Shown here piece after piece: positions 18,090-26,200 of a DNA stretch of 64,000 nt. Where the stretch lies: positions 64,001 to 128,000 of the IMG/VR virus record IMGVR_UViG_3300045988_109366; one strand, 5' to 3'. Within the stretch, counting starts at the first letter, position 1. Every line of letters begins with the position of its first letter. Below the pieces are notes generated by a model, which saw nothing but the letters and a program-made list of their open reading frames with translations, was not told the origin of the DNA and searched no databases. The translations under genes and the position numbers were made by a program. The stretch comes from a virus.

Positions 18090-18260
18090 GATGTTTGTAT
18101 CATTTGTTATCTTTTTTATACAAAAAGAGGATATAATGGTATAATATTATGATATCAAGACACGAATGCGTTATCTATCATATTATCATACATATCCTCT
18201 ATACAACGTCATTTATGGCATTATATCGTATATGATGCCGCAGGTCATAAATACATCTAA

Positions 18261-18503
18261 TTAACCCCTTTTTAAGGGCTTATCGCCATTTAGGGAACTA
18301 GCTATGCCTAATATTTTCGAAATAAGGGCTTTTTTAGCCTTATACTCATCGTTTATCCCTATTATCGCATATCTGTATACCATCCCATCCTTCGACACCT
18401 CCACGCCCACGTATTTAGGCGCAACGGCATCCCTATGTAATACGATAAACGGGCTTTTGCCGTCTAGCTCATTTATCAACTGATTAAACTGTCGCCTTGT
18501 CAT
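18261..18503 (-). CDS. hypothetical protein
   Basis: ORF track. Confidence 0.5.
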   Translation of the reverse strand: MTRRQFNQLINELDGKSPFIVLHRDAVAPKYVGVEVSKDGMVYRYAIIGINDEYKAKKALISKILGIASSLNGDKPLKRG

Positions 18504-18984
18504 CTGATAGTGATATTATTTCCATGTTATAAATACGATCTCTTTTTACCCTTATCTTCTCGCACAGCTCATCGAAGCACCCATCTTCTTCTAACCTACC
18601 AACATAATATGATACATTCGATTTAGAGCTTCCATGAAGATATATATTTCCTCCTATATTCCTTGAGAAAAAATTAGGCAAGACCATCTTTTGTCTCTTA
18701 TCCTTGTTATCCATGTAAGATATAACAACAACCCATAATTCTGGTTCCCGTTCTTTTATCGATAACATAAGATCAAGACTCGATTGACTATTGATATTCC
18801 TCCTGCCAGTTTCATTATAACGTAGAATAATATAATCATCTGCGTTATCATTCTCAACCATCACGACTATAGGGCGATCGCCCTTCCCATTATCACATAA
18901 TACTCTTGCCTCTTCCCAGTCGCGGAGATATACCTTATCGTAATCTCCGTTTTTGTATATCTCAAAATCAAACTCTATCACCAT
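18484..18984 (-). CDS. hypothetical protein
   Basis: ORF track. Confidence 0.55.
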   Translation of the reverse strand: MVIEFDFEIYKNGDYDKVYLRDWEEARVLCDNGKGDRPIVVMVENDNADDYIILRYNETGRRNINSQSSLDLMLSIKEREPELWVVVISYMDNKDKRQKMVLPNFFSRNIGGNIYLHGSSKSNVSYYVGRLEEDGCFDELCEKIRVKRDRIYNMEIISLSDDKATV

Positions 18985-18985
18985 A

Positions 18986-19210
18986 TCATTTCCTCCTATT
19001 GATATATTGTTGTGTACGGCCTTCTTTTATTTTTTCGAAATAAAACTTATTCCCATATAACCGGGTGAAGCAGATGTTATACCCGAAATGCTCCGCACGT
19101 CTGATTTGCGCATAACCTCTACTGATATCCTTATCATCAATCAGCGTAACAAAACAATGTGATCCTACTTCTGTATTCAAAACCAGATTTTCCCAATCTT
19201 TTACCTCCAT
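18986..19210 (-). CDS. hypothetical protein (start moved to internal Met)
   Basis: The ORF track gives 18986..19297, but Met30 (ATG 19210..19208) lies directly after the upstream stop (19212-19214), which removes an 86-nt overlap. Confidence 0.45.
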   Translation of the reverse strand: MEVKDWENLVLNTEVGSHCFVTLIDDKDISRGYAQIRRAEHFGYNICFTRLYGNKFYFEKIKEGRTQQYINRRK

Positions 19211-19211
19211 A

Positions 19212-19610
19212 TCAAATCTCCTTAAATAATTTTTTGTTATGATTATCGCTATTATACCATTTATCAATATTATCGTACTGCTTTGGATAAACCCCATAAG
19301 ACCTACACCACCTAGGTAACGGCCCGTTCAGCACGTCTAACGCCGTCGCAAGATCGAACGTAGCTCCCTCCTTGACACAACACCCCGATCCACTTCCACA
19401 GCTCGGTATATAGGCTCTGCTATATGCTACGCTCATTCCATATTCCCCATGACTCAGATACCCGATGTTAGGCGAATCAGGGAAGGCGTAATACAACATT
19501 ATATAATCACCCTTACTCCAACCTCTATTATAAGTATCATCCTGCCACGCAAAAACCCTGCAACCGGCTTCTTTCAGTTCCGCTGCCGCTCTTCTTAAAA
19601 CATTGTCCAT
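19212..19610 (-). CDS. hypothetical protein
   Basis: ORF track. Confidence 0.55.
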   Translation of the reverse strand: MDNVLRRAAAELKEAGCRVFAWQDDTYNRGWSKGDYIMLYYAFPDSPNIGYLSHGEYGMSVAYSRAYIPSCGSGSGCCVKEGATFDLATALDVLNGPLPRWCRSYGVYPKQYDNIDKWYNSDNHNKKLFKEI

Positions 19611-19722
19611 ATTATCTATATTTAATTAAGTTGTGTCAAGGCGCCGGGAACCGACCCCGGATCATATCCGTACACGTACGATCATGATATATCCTTCCGC
19701 CCCGCCAAGGTTTGGTTCAACA

Positions 19723-20076
19723 TTAACAAACTTTCATATCCTCACACATCTTAAAAAAGACCTCTCTTATGATCTTCTTGTATAAGATGTATATCTCATC
19801 ATCATCCTCATCAAACTCCACTCCCCATGAACGTAATAAATATCTAATATCACAATCCGCTATATGAATCCTGAATATAGACGGAACGCTCATTATGTAA
19901 TCCTCAAAAGCCTTCTTAATCCCATCCCTTTTGATATGTTCTTTATACTCATTCTTGAATACACTAAGCATAAAAGACATATATTCCCTATCGTATTTAA
20001 ACTGCTTACCATAATTATCTGTATCTATATGATCCAGTATATATATCTCTATAGCGTCTCTATCGTATTTTGACAT
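19723..20076 (-). CDS. hypothetical protein
   Basis: ORF track. Confidence 0.55.
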   Translation of the reverse strand: MSKYDRDAIEIYILDHIDTDNYGKQFKYDREYMSFMLSVFKNEYKEHIKRDGIKKAFEDYIMSVPSIFRIHIADCDIRYLLRSWGVEFDEDDDEIYILYKKIIREVFFKMCEDMKVC

Positions 20077-20336
20077 ACTTTTTCCTCCTCCTTTTGATAT
20101 TTTATAACCTTTTTCTCCCCATACGCTTTCGCTAACTGGATAAGTTGACCGGTAAACACCTTGGTACGGTGTTTTACGATCTTATCCACCAGCTCCGGGC
20201 ATCTGGTTCTCCACCTATAATTAACCTCACCTTTAGCTTTCTTCTTATAATACCTGTAGAATGTTACGGCTACTACCACTTCTCCATTCTGCTCAAAAGC
20301 AACCAAATCGTAATTGTTGTAAGTTATTTCGTTCAT
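20049..20336 (-). CDS. hypothetical protein
   Basis: ORF track. Confidence 0.5.
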   Translation of the reverse strand: MNEITYNNYDLVAFEQNGEVVVAVTFYRYYKKKAKGEVNYRWRTRCPELVDKIVKHRTKVFTGQLIQLAKAYGEKKVIKYQKEEEKVCQNTIETL

Positions 20337-20636
20337 CGTGTAATATATTTTATAAATTCAATCACTCTCTTTGGCAGTGAATCTATATCCTTCACTCTTT
20401 TACCAAAATTGTACATATGACTTCTATGCGGATAATAATCTCCCGCATACATCCCCACTCCTAATGGATGGAATGGATCCTCACTACATGAGAAAACAGG
20501 ATAATACACCACCCCATAACCATCCTTTATTTTTATTTACATATACTATGGTATATCTATCAGCCACTTCGTCGCCAAAATCATATACCCTTACTTTTAC
20601 TTTCACGCAATCCGCGTTTGTTATAATATTATCCAT
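20333..20636 (-). pseudogene. small gene in two frames (frameshifted or requiring +1 slippage)
   Basis: Frame A is ATG 20636 .. stop 20486-20484 (MDNIITNADCVKVKVRVYDFGDEVADRYTIVYVNKNK...). Frame B has no start (..DGYGVVYYPVFSCSEDPFHPLGVGMYAGDYYPHRSHMYNFGKRVKDIDSLPKRVIEFIKYITR*) and ends in an ATGA overlap with the next gene. Confidence 0.4.
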
Positions 20637-20665
20637 ATATACCTCCTTTGTTGTTCACTATCTGA

Positions 20666-20908
20666 CTAATCTATTTCCCTTCCATATAAGGTGTATGTAC
20701 CATACCATCCCCTATCCATATTTACCACCTCAATATGATGTATGTGATAACAACCATTAGCTATTCTGCCGCAATCGGCTATCACCATAGCTATATCCCT
20801 ATACCCAGAATCTATGAAAACACGAACCAACCTACCCCCGCTAAATATAGACACCTTGATATCGTCTTTCTCTTTTATAATCCTTCTCATATCATATCCT
20901 CTTATCAA
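20666..20908 (-). CDS. hypothetical protein (paralog of 20910..21140)
   Basis: ORF track; shares DSG(Y/F)R ... H(I/V) .. RGW.G(T/S)YT.YG(R/K).ID with its neighbour. Confidence 0.55.
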   Translation of the reverse strand: MIRGYDMRRIIKEKDDIKVSIFSGGRLVRVFIDSGYRDIAMVIADCGRIANGCYHIHHIEVVNMDRGWYGTYTLYGREID

Positions 20909-20909
20909 A

Positions 20910-21140
20910 CTAATCTATCCTTTTACCATAATTAGTATATGACCCACACCATCCACGAGCCTCATTCGACACCCTAATATGATCAATGGGCTTATCCCCG
21001 ACCATTTTATTGGCGTACGATATTACATCCGACATACTTCTGAATCCGGAATCCTTAATGGATTTTATAAGCGTCCTATCATACCCGAATACCAATATCT
21101 TCACAATATCTCTTTCTTTCACAGTCCTTCTCGCCCTCAT
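20910..21140 (-). CDS. hypothetical protein (paralog of 20666..20908)
   Basis: ORF track; see paralog. Confidence 0.55.
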   Translation of the reverse strand: MRARRTVKERDIVKILVFGYDRTLIKSIKDSGFRSMSDVISYANKMVGDKPIDHIRVSNEARGWCGSYTNYGKRID

Positions 21141-21604
21141 AACATCCTAGCCATAAAATAAACAAACATAAAATCTATTCTCTCTTTGTTATCATCCATT
21201 CTATGCCCGGTAATTTCAAAAACAACCCTACGCTTTTCTACAGTCTGTATATTATCTAACTGAATAGCTATGTAAGGATATTTCATAACTTTCTCTCTAT
21301 TGATGTTATTCAAAATAGCGTTGACATCTTGCCCGCGAAAATACATATTTACCCCTATGTAGCTGGCAACCAAAAGACATTCGTCTATTATCCCATCTGT
21401 ATCGAATAACAATAACATATCATCCTTCTCGATAGTATATCCCATATCAAGAATCTTGATACGTTTGCTCCCGTCCTTCTTATTAGCTATAAGAATCTCT
21501 ATCATATCCTTATCGGTCGTAAGGATATAATACGCCTCATCCTTTGTAATATTATCACGCAGATAAAGCAGCGCTTCATCTTGTAATTTCATAATTTCGT
21601 CCAT
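21137..21604 (-). CDS. hypothetical protein
   Basis: ORF track. Confidence 0.55.
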   Translation of the reverse strand: MDEIMKLQDEALLYLRDNITKDEAYYILTTDKDMIEILIANKKDGSKRIKILDMGYTIEKDDMLLLFDTDGIIDECLLVASYIGVNMYFRGQDVNAILNNINREKVMKYPYIAIQLDNIQTVEKRRVVFEITGHRMDDNKERIDFMFVYFMARML

Positions 21605-21629
21605 ACTATTAGTATTTTATATTACCACT

Positions 21630-21697
21630 CCAAAAAAAGAACGGCGGTAGACACCCGTGGCCTACCACGCCGTGACACCGCCGCCCGTTCCCATTGG
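21630..21697 (-). terminator. GC-rich palindromic element acting as a probable intrinsic terminator
   Basis: Directly downstream of the stop at 21700. The minus strand reads GAACGGGCGGCGG..CCGCCGTTC followed by TTTTTTTGG. Confidence 0.6.
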
Positions 21698-21699
21698 TA

Positions 21700-22029
21700 T
21701 TATTCTACCACCTCTAATTTCCCGTAATAAGGATAAAAACAACCGTCTCGATAAACCGAATATCTGAGCGTTTTATCCTTTGCTTCATAGATGGAAACAC
21801 AACCGCTGTTATAAGCGTTGGATAGTTCTTTCGCTACAAATCCGCCTATTCGTTTATAGGTTTTAGGCGTATCACTCAACGGCCTGCCTACATATATTTT
21901 TACTCTCTTGCACTTCTTGTCGCCTACGTATATATCCTTTCCACTAAGCTCCGTTAAATACATGAATCTCATATCAACCGATTTTAAATCCAACATTCCT
22001 CTATCTCTATCTCCATATGATCCGACCAA
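21700..22029 (-). CDS. hypothetical protein
   Basis: ORF track. Confidence 0.55.
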   Translation of the reverse strand: MVGSYGDRDRGMLDLKSVDMRFMYLTELSGKDIYVGDKKCKRVKIYVGRPLSDTPKTYKRIGGFVAKELSNAYNSGCVSIYEAKDKTLRYSVYRDGCFYPYYGKLEVVE

Positions 22030-22226
22030 TCACATCTATCAACGTCCTCGCCATCCTCAAAGTAATAGTAGGCCCATACCTGTACGCCTCCTACCTCTAT
22101 ATATCCATCACTTTTCCATTCTATCAACCCGTCTTGCCTTACCACGTTGGTAGGCTCAGACCCTAGCGACAGCAGATTATTTACTATACTACCGCCAAAT
22201 ACGTTCCTTGATTCTTCTTTCGTCAT
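21984..22226 (-). CDS. hypothetical protein
   Basis: ORF track. Confidence 0.45.
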   Translation of the reverse strand: MTKEESRNVFGGSIVNNLLSLGSEPTNVVRQDGLIEWKSDGYIEVGGVQVWAYYYFEDGEDVDRCDWSDHMEIEIEECWI

Positions 22227-22258
22227 ATCAATATCAGATTTTTAATATTACACTAACG

Positions 22259-22329
22259 CCAAAGGGGGAACAGGGACGGACGACCAGCGGGGCCTACCCC
22301 ACGCCATCGCCGCCCCCCGTTTCCCTTGG
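22259..22329. repeat. GC-rich palindromic element (family member, homologous to 21630-21697)
   Basis: CCAAAGGGGGAACAGGGACGG ... GGCCTACC ... CCGCCCCCCGTTTCCCTTGG. Confidence 0.6.
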
Positions 22330-22464
22330 TTCCCTCCGCATCACCCCCCATACTAATAAACAATATCCACCACCAATAACACCATACCCACCATCACTCA
22401 CAACTGCCTTGCCTTGACGAGAAACTCCTACCACTTGCAAACTTTTACATCTGATCGGAAGATA

Positions 22465-22655
22465 CCCCTTGCTCGAAAGGCGTTTCCCTTGCTTGGTGTT
22501 TTTCCTCGCTTGGTGTTTTTCCCCTTGTTTGGAAAGGTTTTCCCTTGCTTGGAGGTGTTTCCCTTGTTTGGTGGTGTTTTTCTTGTTTGGTGTTTTTCCT
22601 TGCTTGGAAAGGTTTTTCTTGTTTGGAGGTGTTTTTTTCCTTGTTTGGAAATGTC
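22465..22655. repeat. about 10 tandem copies of a 16-21-bp unit CCTTG(C/T)TTGG(N0-5)GTTTTT (iteron-like)
   Basis: Read directly. The unit lengths (16,17,18,19,20,21) are not multiples of 3, and ORFs occur in several frames on both strands, so the array is non-coding. Confidence 0.8.
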
Positions 22656-22726
22656 CCATCAAGCAACCCCCACCCCCCTCGAAATCCTAAGACCTTCCGA
22701 TACTTTGTTCCACGTGGAACGCCGAT

Positions 22727-22966
22727 TCAGTCTAGGATATCGAGGTCTTTGTTCTTGATTGCCTTATACACTTGCTTTATACAATAGATTGATAATAAAG
22801 CCAATAAAATAACTATGATTAAAGGGAGGGCGTCGCCCGTAGCTATAACATACCGCCCTAACTCAAACGCCATATACCCACAAAACAAGATAAGTACGAA
22901 ATATATAAATATACCCATAAAAAATATACAATAAGTAAACACGATTTTAAAACAACACTCAAACAA
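22727..22966 (-). CDS. small hydrophobic (membrane) protein
   Basis: 79 aa with two long hydrophobic stretches (IFFMGIFIYFVLILFCGYMAF, LPLIIVILLALLSIY). Confidence 0.45.
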   Translation of the reverse strand: MFECCFKIVFTYCIFFMGIFIYFVLILFCGYMAFELGRYVIATGDALPLIIVILLALLSIYCIKQVYKAIKNKDLDILD

Positions 22967-23280
22967 TACAACAAATTGAGTATCAACAACATAATATATA
23001 TCAACCCCTAGAGCTACCTCTAAGAGAAGACAAGCCTAGATATAGATAAAAAATATACAATAAGTACCGCCTATTATATACCTTTTAGGATCGATTCAAG
23101 CGCAAATCCATACATAAGGACGCAATTCACACGTCCGTATGGATATAGATATATACAAAATGATACATAATAAAGTATTTTACTTACACATTTATAATTA
23201 AGGCTTAAAATTTACCGCCTCAACACTTTTATGTGTAAGCAAAACATATGATTATGCTGTCATTTTGTAAAATTAGACAC

Positions 23281-23323
23281 AAAAAAAGCCCTTCCGTCTT
23301 ATATCACTACAGTACAGAAGGGC
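23281..23323 (-). terminator. stem-loop plus T-run on minus strand
   Basis: GCCCTTC..GAAGGGC stem (23288-23294 / 23317-23323) followed on the minus strand by T7 (23281-23287); downstream of ORF 23356..23562. Confidence 0.45.
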
Positions 23324-23355
23324 ACAAACTTTAAAATCAAATAAAAACAAACGAT

Positions 23356-23562
23356 CTATTGTCGTAATTTGTTTGCCATATAACTAACACGTTTCCGCCT
23401 ACATTTATCAGAATCTCTACTACAATCTAATTTATTAGACTTGTATAGATCTTTGGTAAGTTCAACGTAAAATTCCATTTGAGACTTTCTTACAGCCTCT
23501 AAAGCCTTTTCTTTTTGAATGGATAATTTCTTATTCAAATTATCAAACTTTTTTTTGTACAT
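23356..23562 (-). CDS. hypothetical basic protein
   Basis: ORF track. Confidence 0.45.
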   Translation of the reverse strand: MYKKKFDNLNKKLSIQKEKALEAVRKSQMEFYVELTKDLYKSNKLDCSRDSDKCRRKRVSYMANKLRQ

Positions 23563-23584
23563 AATCTATCCTTTTTTAATGGCA

Positions 23585-23672
23585 CCAATAAGAAACGGGA
23601 GACCGGGGACGACACGGCCGGCGTTATCGATATAACCAGCCGAACGCCCGCACGCCCCCCTATTTTCTTTGG
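23585..23672. repeat. GC-rich palindromic element (family member)
   Basis: CCAATAAGAAACGGGAGACCGG ... CGCCCCCCTATTTTCTTTGG. Confidence 0.55.
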
Positions 23673-24228
23673 TTTCGTCCCCTTGCCGACAACGAAGCCA
23701 ACCAAATACGCACATACGTTGTCCGTGATACGTATCGACAAGGCGCACTTTGTACGTCAATTTAACCGCACAAAATACCCTTGTAAGGGTTGTTATTTAC
23801 TATCCGTACACATGTTAGGTATTTAAGCAACCCTAACATACGTCGTATTGATACATTAGCACGGAAATAACACCGTAATGCACTCCATGTGTGCTGCTCT
23901 CGCTACACATGGACATACGCCCTATACATGCGTATATACACCAATATACCCCATGTTTTTACATGGCCTATCCGGTTGACCGGACGTATTAACCAGTCTT
24001 GATACATAGCCAAAAATAACGGCACGCCCCTGAACTAGGAGAACGCCTGATCACACTATTAGTCGGCAACCTATTTATACGAACTCTCGATACCCTACCG
24101 ATTCGCATATCTATGTATCAATATGTTAAATATCTTATCTGTTTAGTCTAAATCAGTGGCACGGCGTGAACGTACAGATATCGCCACCATAATGCCCCTA
24201 TATATAAAGATATAAGGACATCTTAATA

Positions 24229-24765
24229 TTATCTTACATTTTTATCGTGAGTAAGATAATAGGTGATACATTTGGCTATCAATGAAAACGAAAAATTCGT
24301 TATTTTAGTAGCCATTCGAGTAGATTTATATCTTTCATTATTGTAAATAACGAAATAACCGCTTTTATCCTCAGAGTATTTAATAGGGGCACAATAGCCA
24401 AAAGCTTTATGTGTTGTGCCCAAAAGAATTTTCTGAGCTTGTTTTTCAGCTAACATTATTTTATTGTTGGCTGATTCATTTTCATCATTGTAAATCTTTT
24501 CTATTTCTATATATTGGCAAAATACGCCATCTATATTTGCAAGAATTTCTTTACAAATAGTAATAACCAATTCTTTATCTTTAGCCAAAGCGACTAAAGA
24601 CGGGATAACATCTTTTGAAACTTCAATATTGTTTTCTTTGATAATATCCATAACATCTTTTTTGCTATTAAACAATCTGCACCAAGATTTTATCGCACCC
24701 GTCAAAGTTTCAGACTCCGACTTTTTCACTGCATTTTGTACTCGATTCAAATCTTTTGCTTTCAT
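24229..24765 (-). CDS. hypothetical protein
   Basis: ORF track; AT-rich; isolated between long non-coding regions. Confidence 0.55.
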   Translation of the reverse strand: MKAKDLNRVQNAVKKSESETLTGAIKSWCRLFNSKKDVMDIIKENNIEVSKDVIPSLVALAKDKELVITICKEILANIDGVFCQYIEIEKIYNDENESANNKIMLAEKQAQKILLGTTHKAFGYCAPIKYSEDKSGYFVIYNNERYKSTRMATKITNFSFSLIAKCITYYLTHDKNVR

Positions 24766-24841
24766 ATTAAATCGCCCTTGCCCTAGGGACTTGTATAGGC
24801 ATCTAGCACGCCTCGTTTGTTAATATTGTTATCTCACATTG

Positions 24842-24849
24842 CAAATATA
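24842..24849 (-). promoter_or_regulatory. Bacteroidota-type -7 box (TATATTTG on minus strand)
   Basis: Matches TAnnTTTG. It is embedded in the 16-mer ACATTGCAAATATAAT, which is also found at 34672-34687. About 77 nt upstream of ATG 24765. Confidence 0.4.
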
Positions 24850-25318
24850 ATACATGTTTTATTTCCAAACAAATATTTTACAATAAAAATTCAACGATTA
24901 TATATAATAAAACTAATCAAATGTAAATGTATATTAAAATATTGATTTATATCATTGATAATCAACAATTTAAATCAAAAATAAGCATTCTTTTTTGGTT
25001 GGCTGGTCGTTTGCCGTTCCTTTTTCCCGCCCTTCGTGGATTGGGGGGGCGGTCCAAAAAACGGCAGACCCCACGGCCCGATTTCGGGGAGGTGGTCCGT
25101 CCCTCATATCCCGCATATCCCTCATATCCCGCAATCCCTCATACCTCTACATGTGATGCGCATCCCAACATATCCCTATCAAATCCATTCATCGTCCCCT
25201 CACGACCTTCTCATTAATTTTATTATATTTGCGATATAATAAAAACATAACATATTATGAATAAAGAAGTTGAATATATGGGGGGGGGTATTTTAACCCT
25301 CAGATAAGGGGGGGGGGT

Positions 25319-25810
25319 ATGTTTAGGCGCAGGACTTCTTCCGGTAAGATCCACTACCGTGTTAATATAAACAAGAATATGTGTCTTGGCGTTGTAGATA
25401 TATATATTGATAGGAAGCCATATCAACCTGGTTTTAACGGATCTTATCTTGATATATATCGCGATAAGAAGATAAAAACTATAAGCATAAGTGGCCAGAT
25501 ATCATATCTAAATCCGAAAAATGAGTACAATGTTATTTTGGGCATAAGTGGAGGTATTATAGAGGGAACCCTTACGTATCAATATAATTCGGGTATGCAT
25601 TGCGAGTTGGCTAATAAGGTGATATACGGGAATAGGATAACTAATTTTGTTCCTGTAACGGAGATAGAAGATCCTGGGAAGATCATTAATTTCACTTACA
25701 GATCTGAATTACAGACTCAGGTTTTAGATGAAAGTCATGTAACTTGGGATGGTGATTATATAAACGATAATTGTATAGTAACTGATCTTTGTTCGGGATG
25801 TGAATCTTAA
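25319..25810 (+). CDS. hypothetical protein (plus-strand gene inside the minus-strand arm)
   Basis: ORF track; the ATG is immediately preceded by a G10 tract. Confidence 0.5.
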   Translation: MFRRRTSSGKIHYRVNINKNMCLGVVDIYIDRKPYQPGFNGSYLDIYRDKKIKTISISGQISYLNPKNEYNVILGISGGIIEGTLTYQYNSGMHCELANKVIYGNRITNFVPVTEIEDPGKIINFTYRSELQTQVLDESHVTWDGDYINDNCIVTDLCSGCES

Positions 25811-25866
25811 GCCCATGGGAAAAGTTCTCGTGATAACTATCGAGTAACGGTAAGGATAGTGTAATT

Positions 25867-25935
25867 CCAAGGGAAGGAGGGAGACCTCGTCCTACCGGGC
25901 CTCCCCCGTCCTACCGGGCCTCCCGTTCTTTTTGG
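25867..25935 (+). terminator. GC-rich palindromic element; probable terminator of the 25319..25810 gene
   Basis: CCAAGGGAAGGAGGGAG ... internal 19-nt tandem duplication carrying CGTCCTACCGGGCCTCCC x2 ... CCTCCCGTTCTTTTTGG. Confidence 0.5.
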
Positions 25936-25999
25936 CTTCTCCCTGTCTTATCTTTGACCGGATATCAAAAATTCATATCTTTGGAACAAAACTACAATC

Positions 26000-26170
26000 A
26001 TGTTTGATGAAGATATCGAGAAGATAAATGTAAGGGATAGTACGGTTATCCGCGACAACGAGATACATAAGATGTATGACGAGATACTTAATGAGCTAGG
26101 TGATTTGGCCACTGTCGTATCTATGAACTACGTGTATGGCAGGATAAAGGACAGTACTGGATTAAAGTAG
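26000..26170 (+). CDS. small hypothetical protein (56 aa, below track cutoff)
   Basis: Manual translation MFDEDIEKINVRDSTVIRDNEIHKMYDEILNELGDLATVVSMNYVYGRIKDSTGLK*. Confidence 0.35.
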   Translation: MFDEDIEKINVRDSTVIRDNEIHKMYDEILNELGDLATVVSMNYVYGRIKDSTGLK

Positions 26171-26200
26171 GATAATAAACCATACTAAAGTCGAGGATAT

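Noticed and set aside
19638-19715. GC-rich intergenic island as another member of the palindromic element family
   Set aside because: It is GC-rich and contains small hairpins (CCGGG..CCCGG), but it lacks the family's inverted CCAA.../...TTGG termini in complementary register.
22294-22787. Five overlapping ORFs (73-122 aa) on both strands across the tandem repeats, giving KQGK/FLVW-type repetitive peptides
   Set aside because: The repeat units vary in length by non-multiples of 3 and every frame is open, as expected for a low-complexity DNA repeat rather than a gene.
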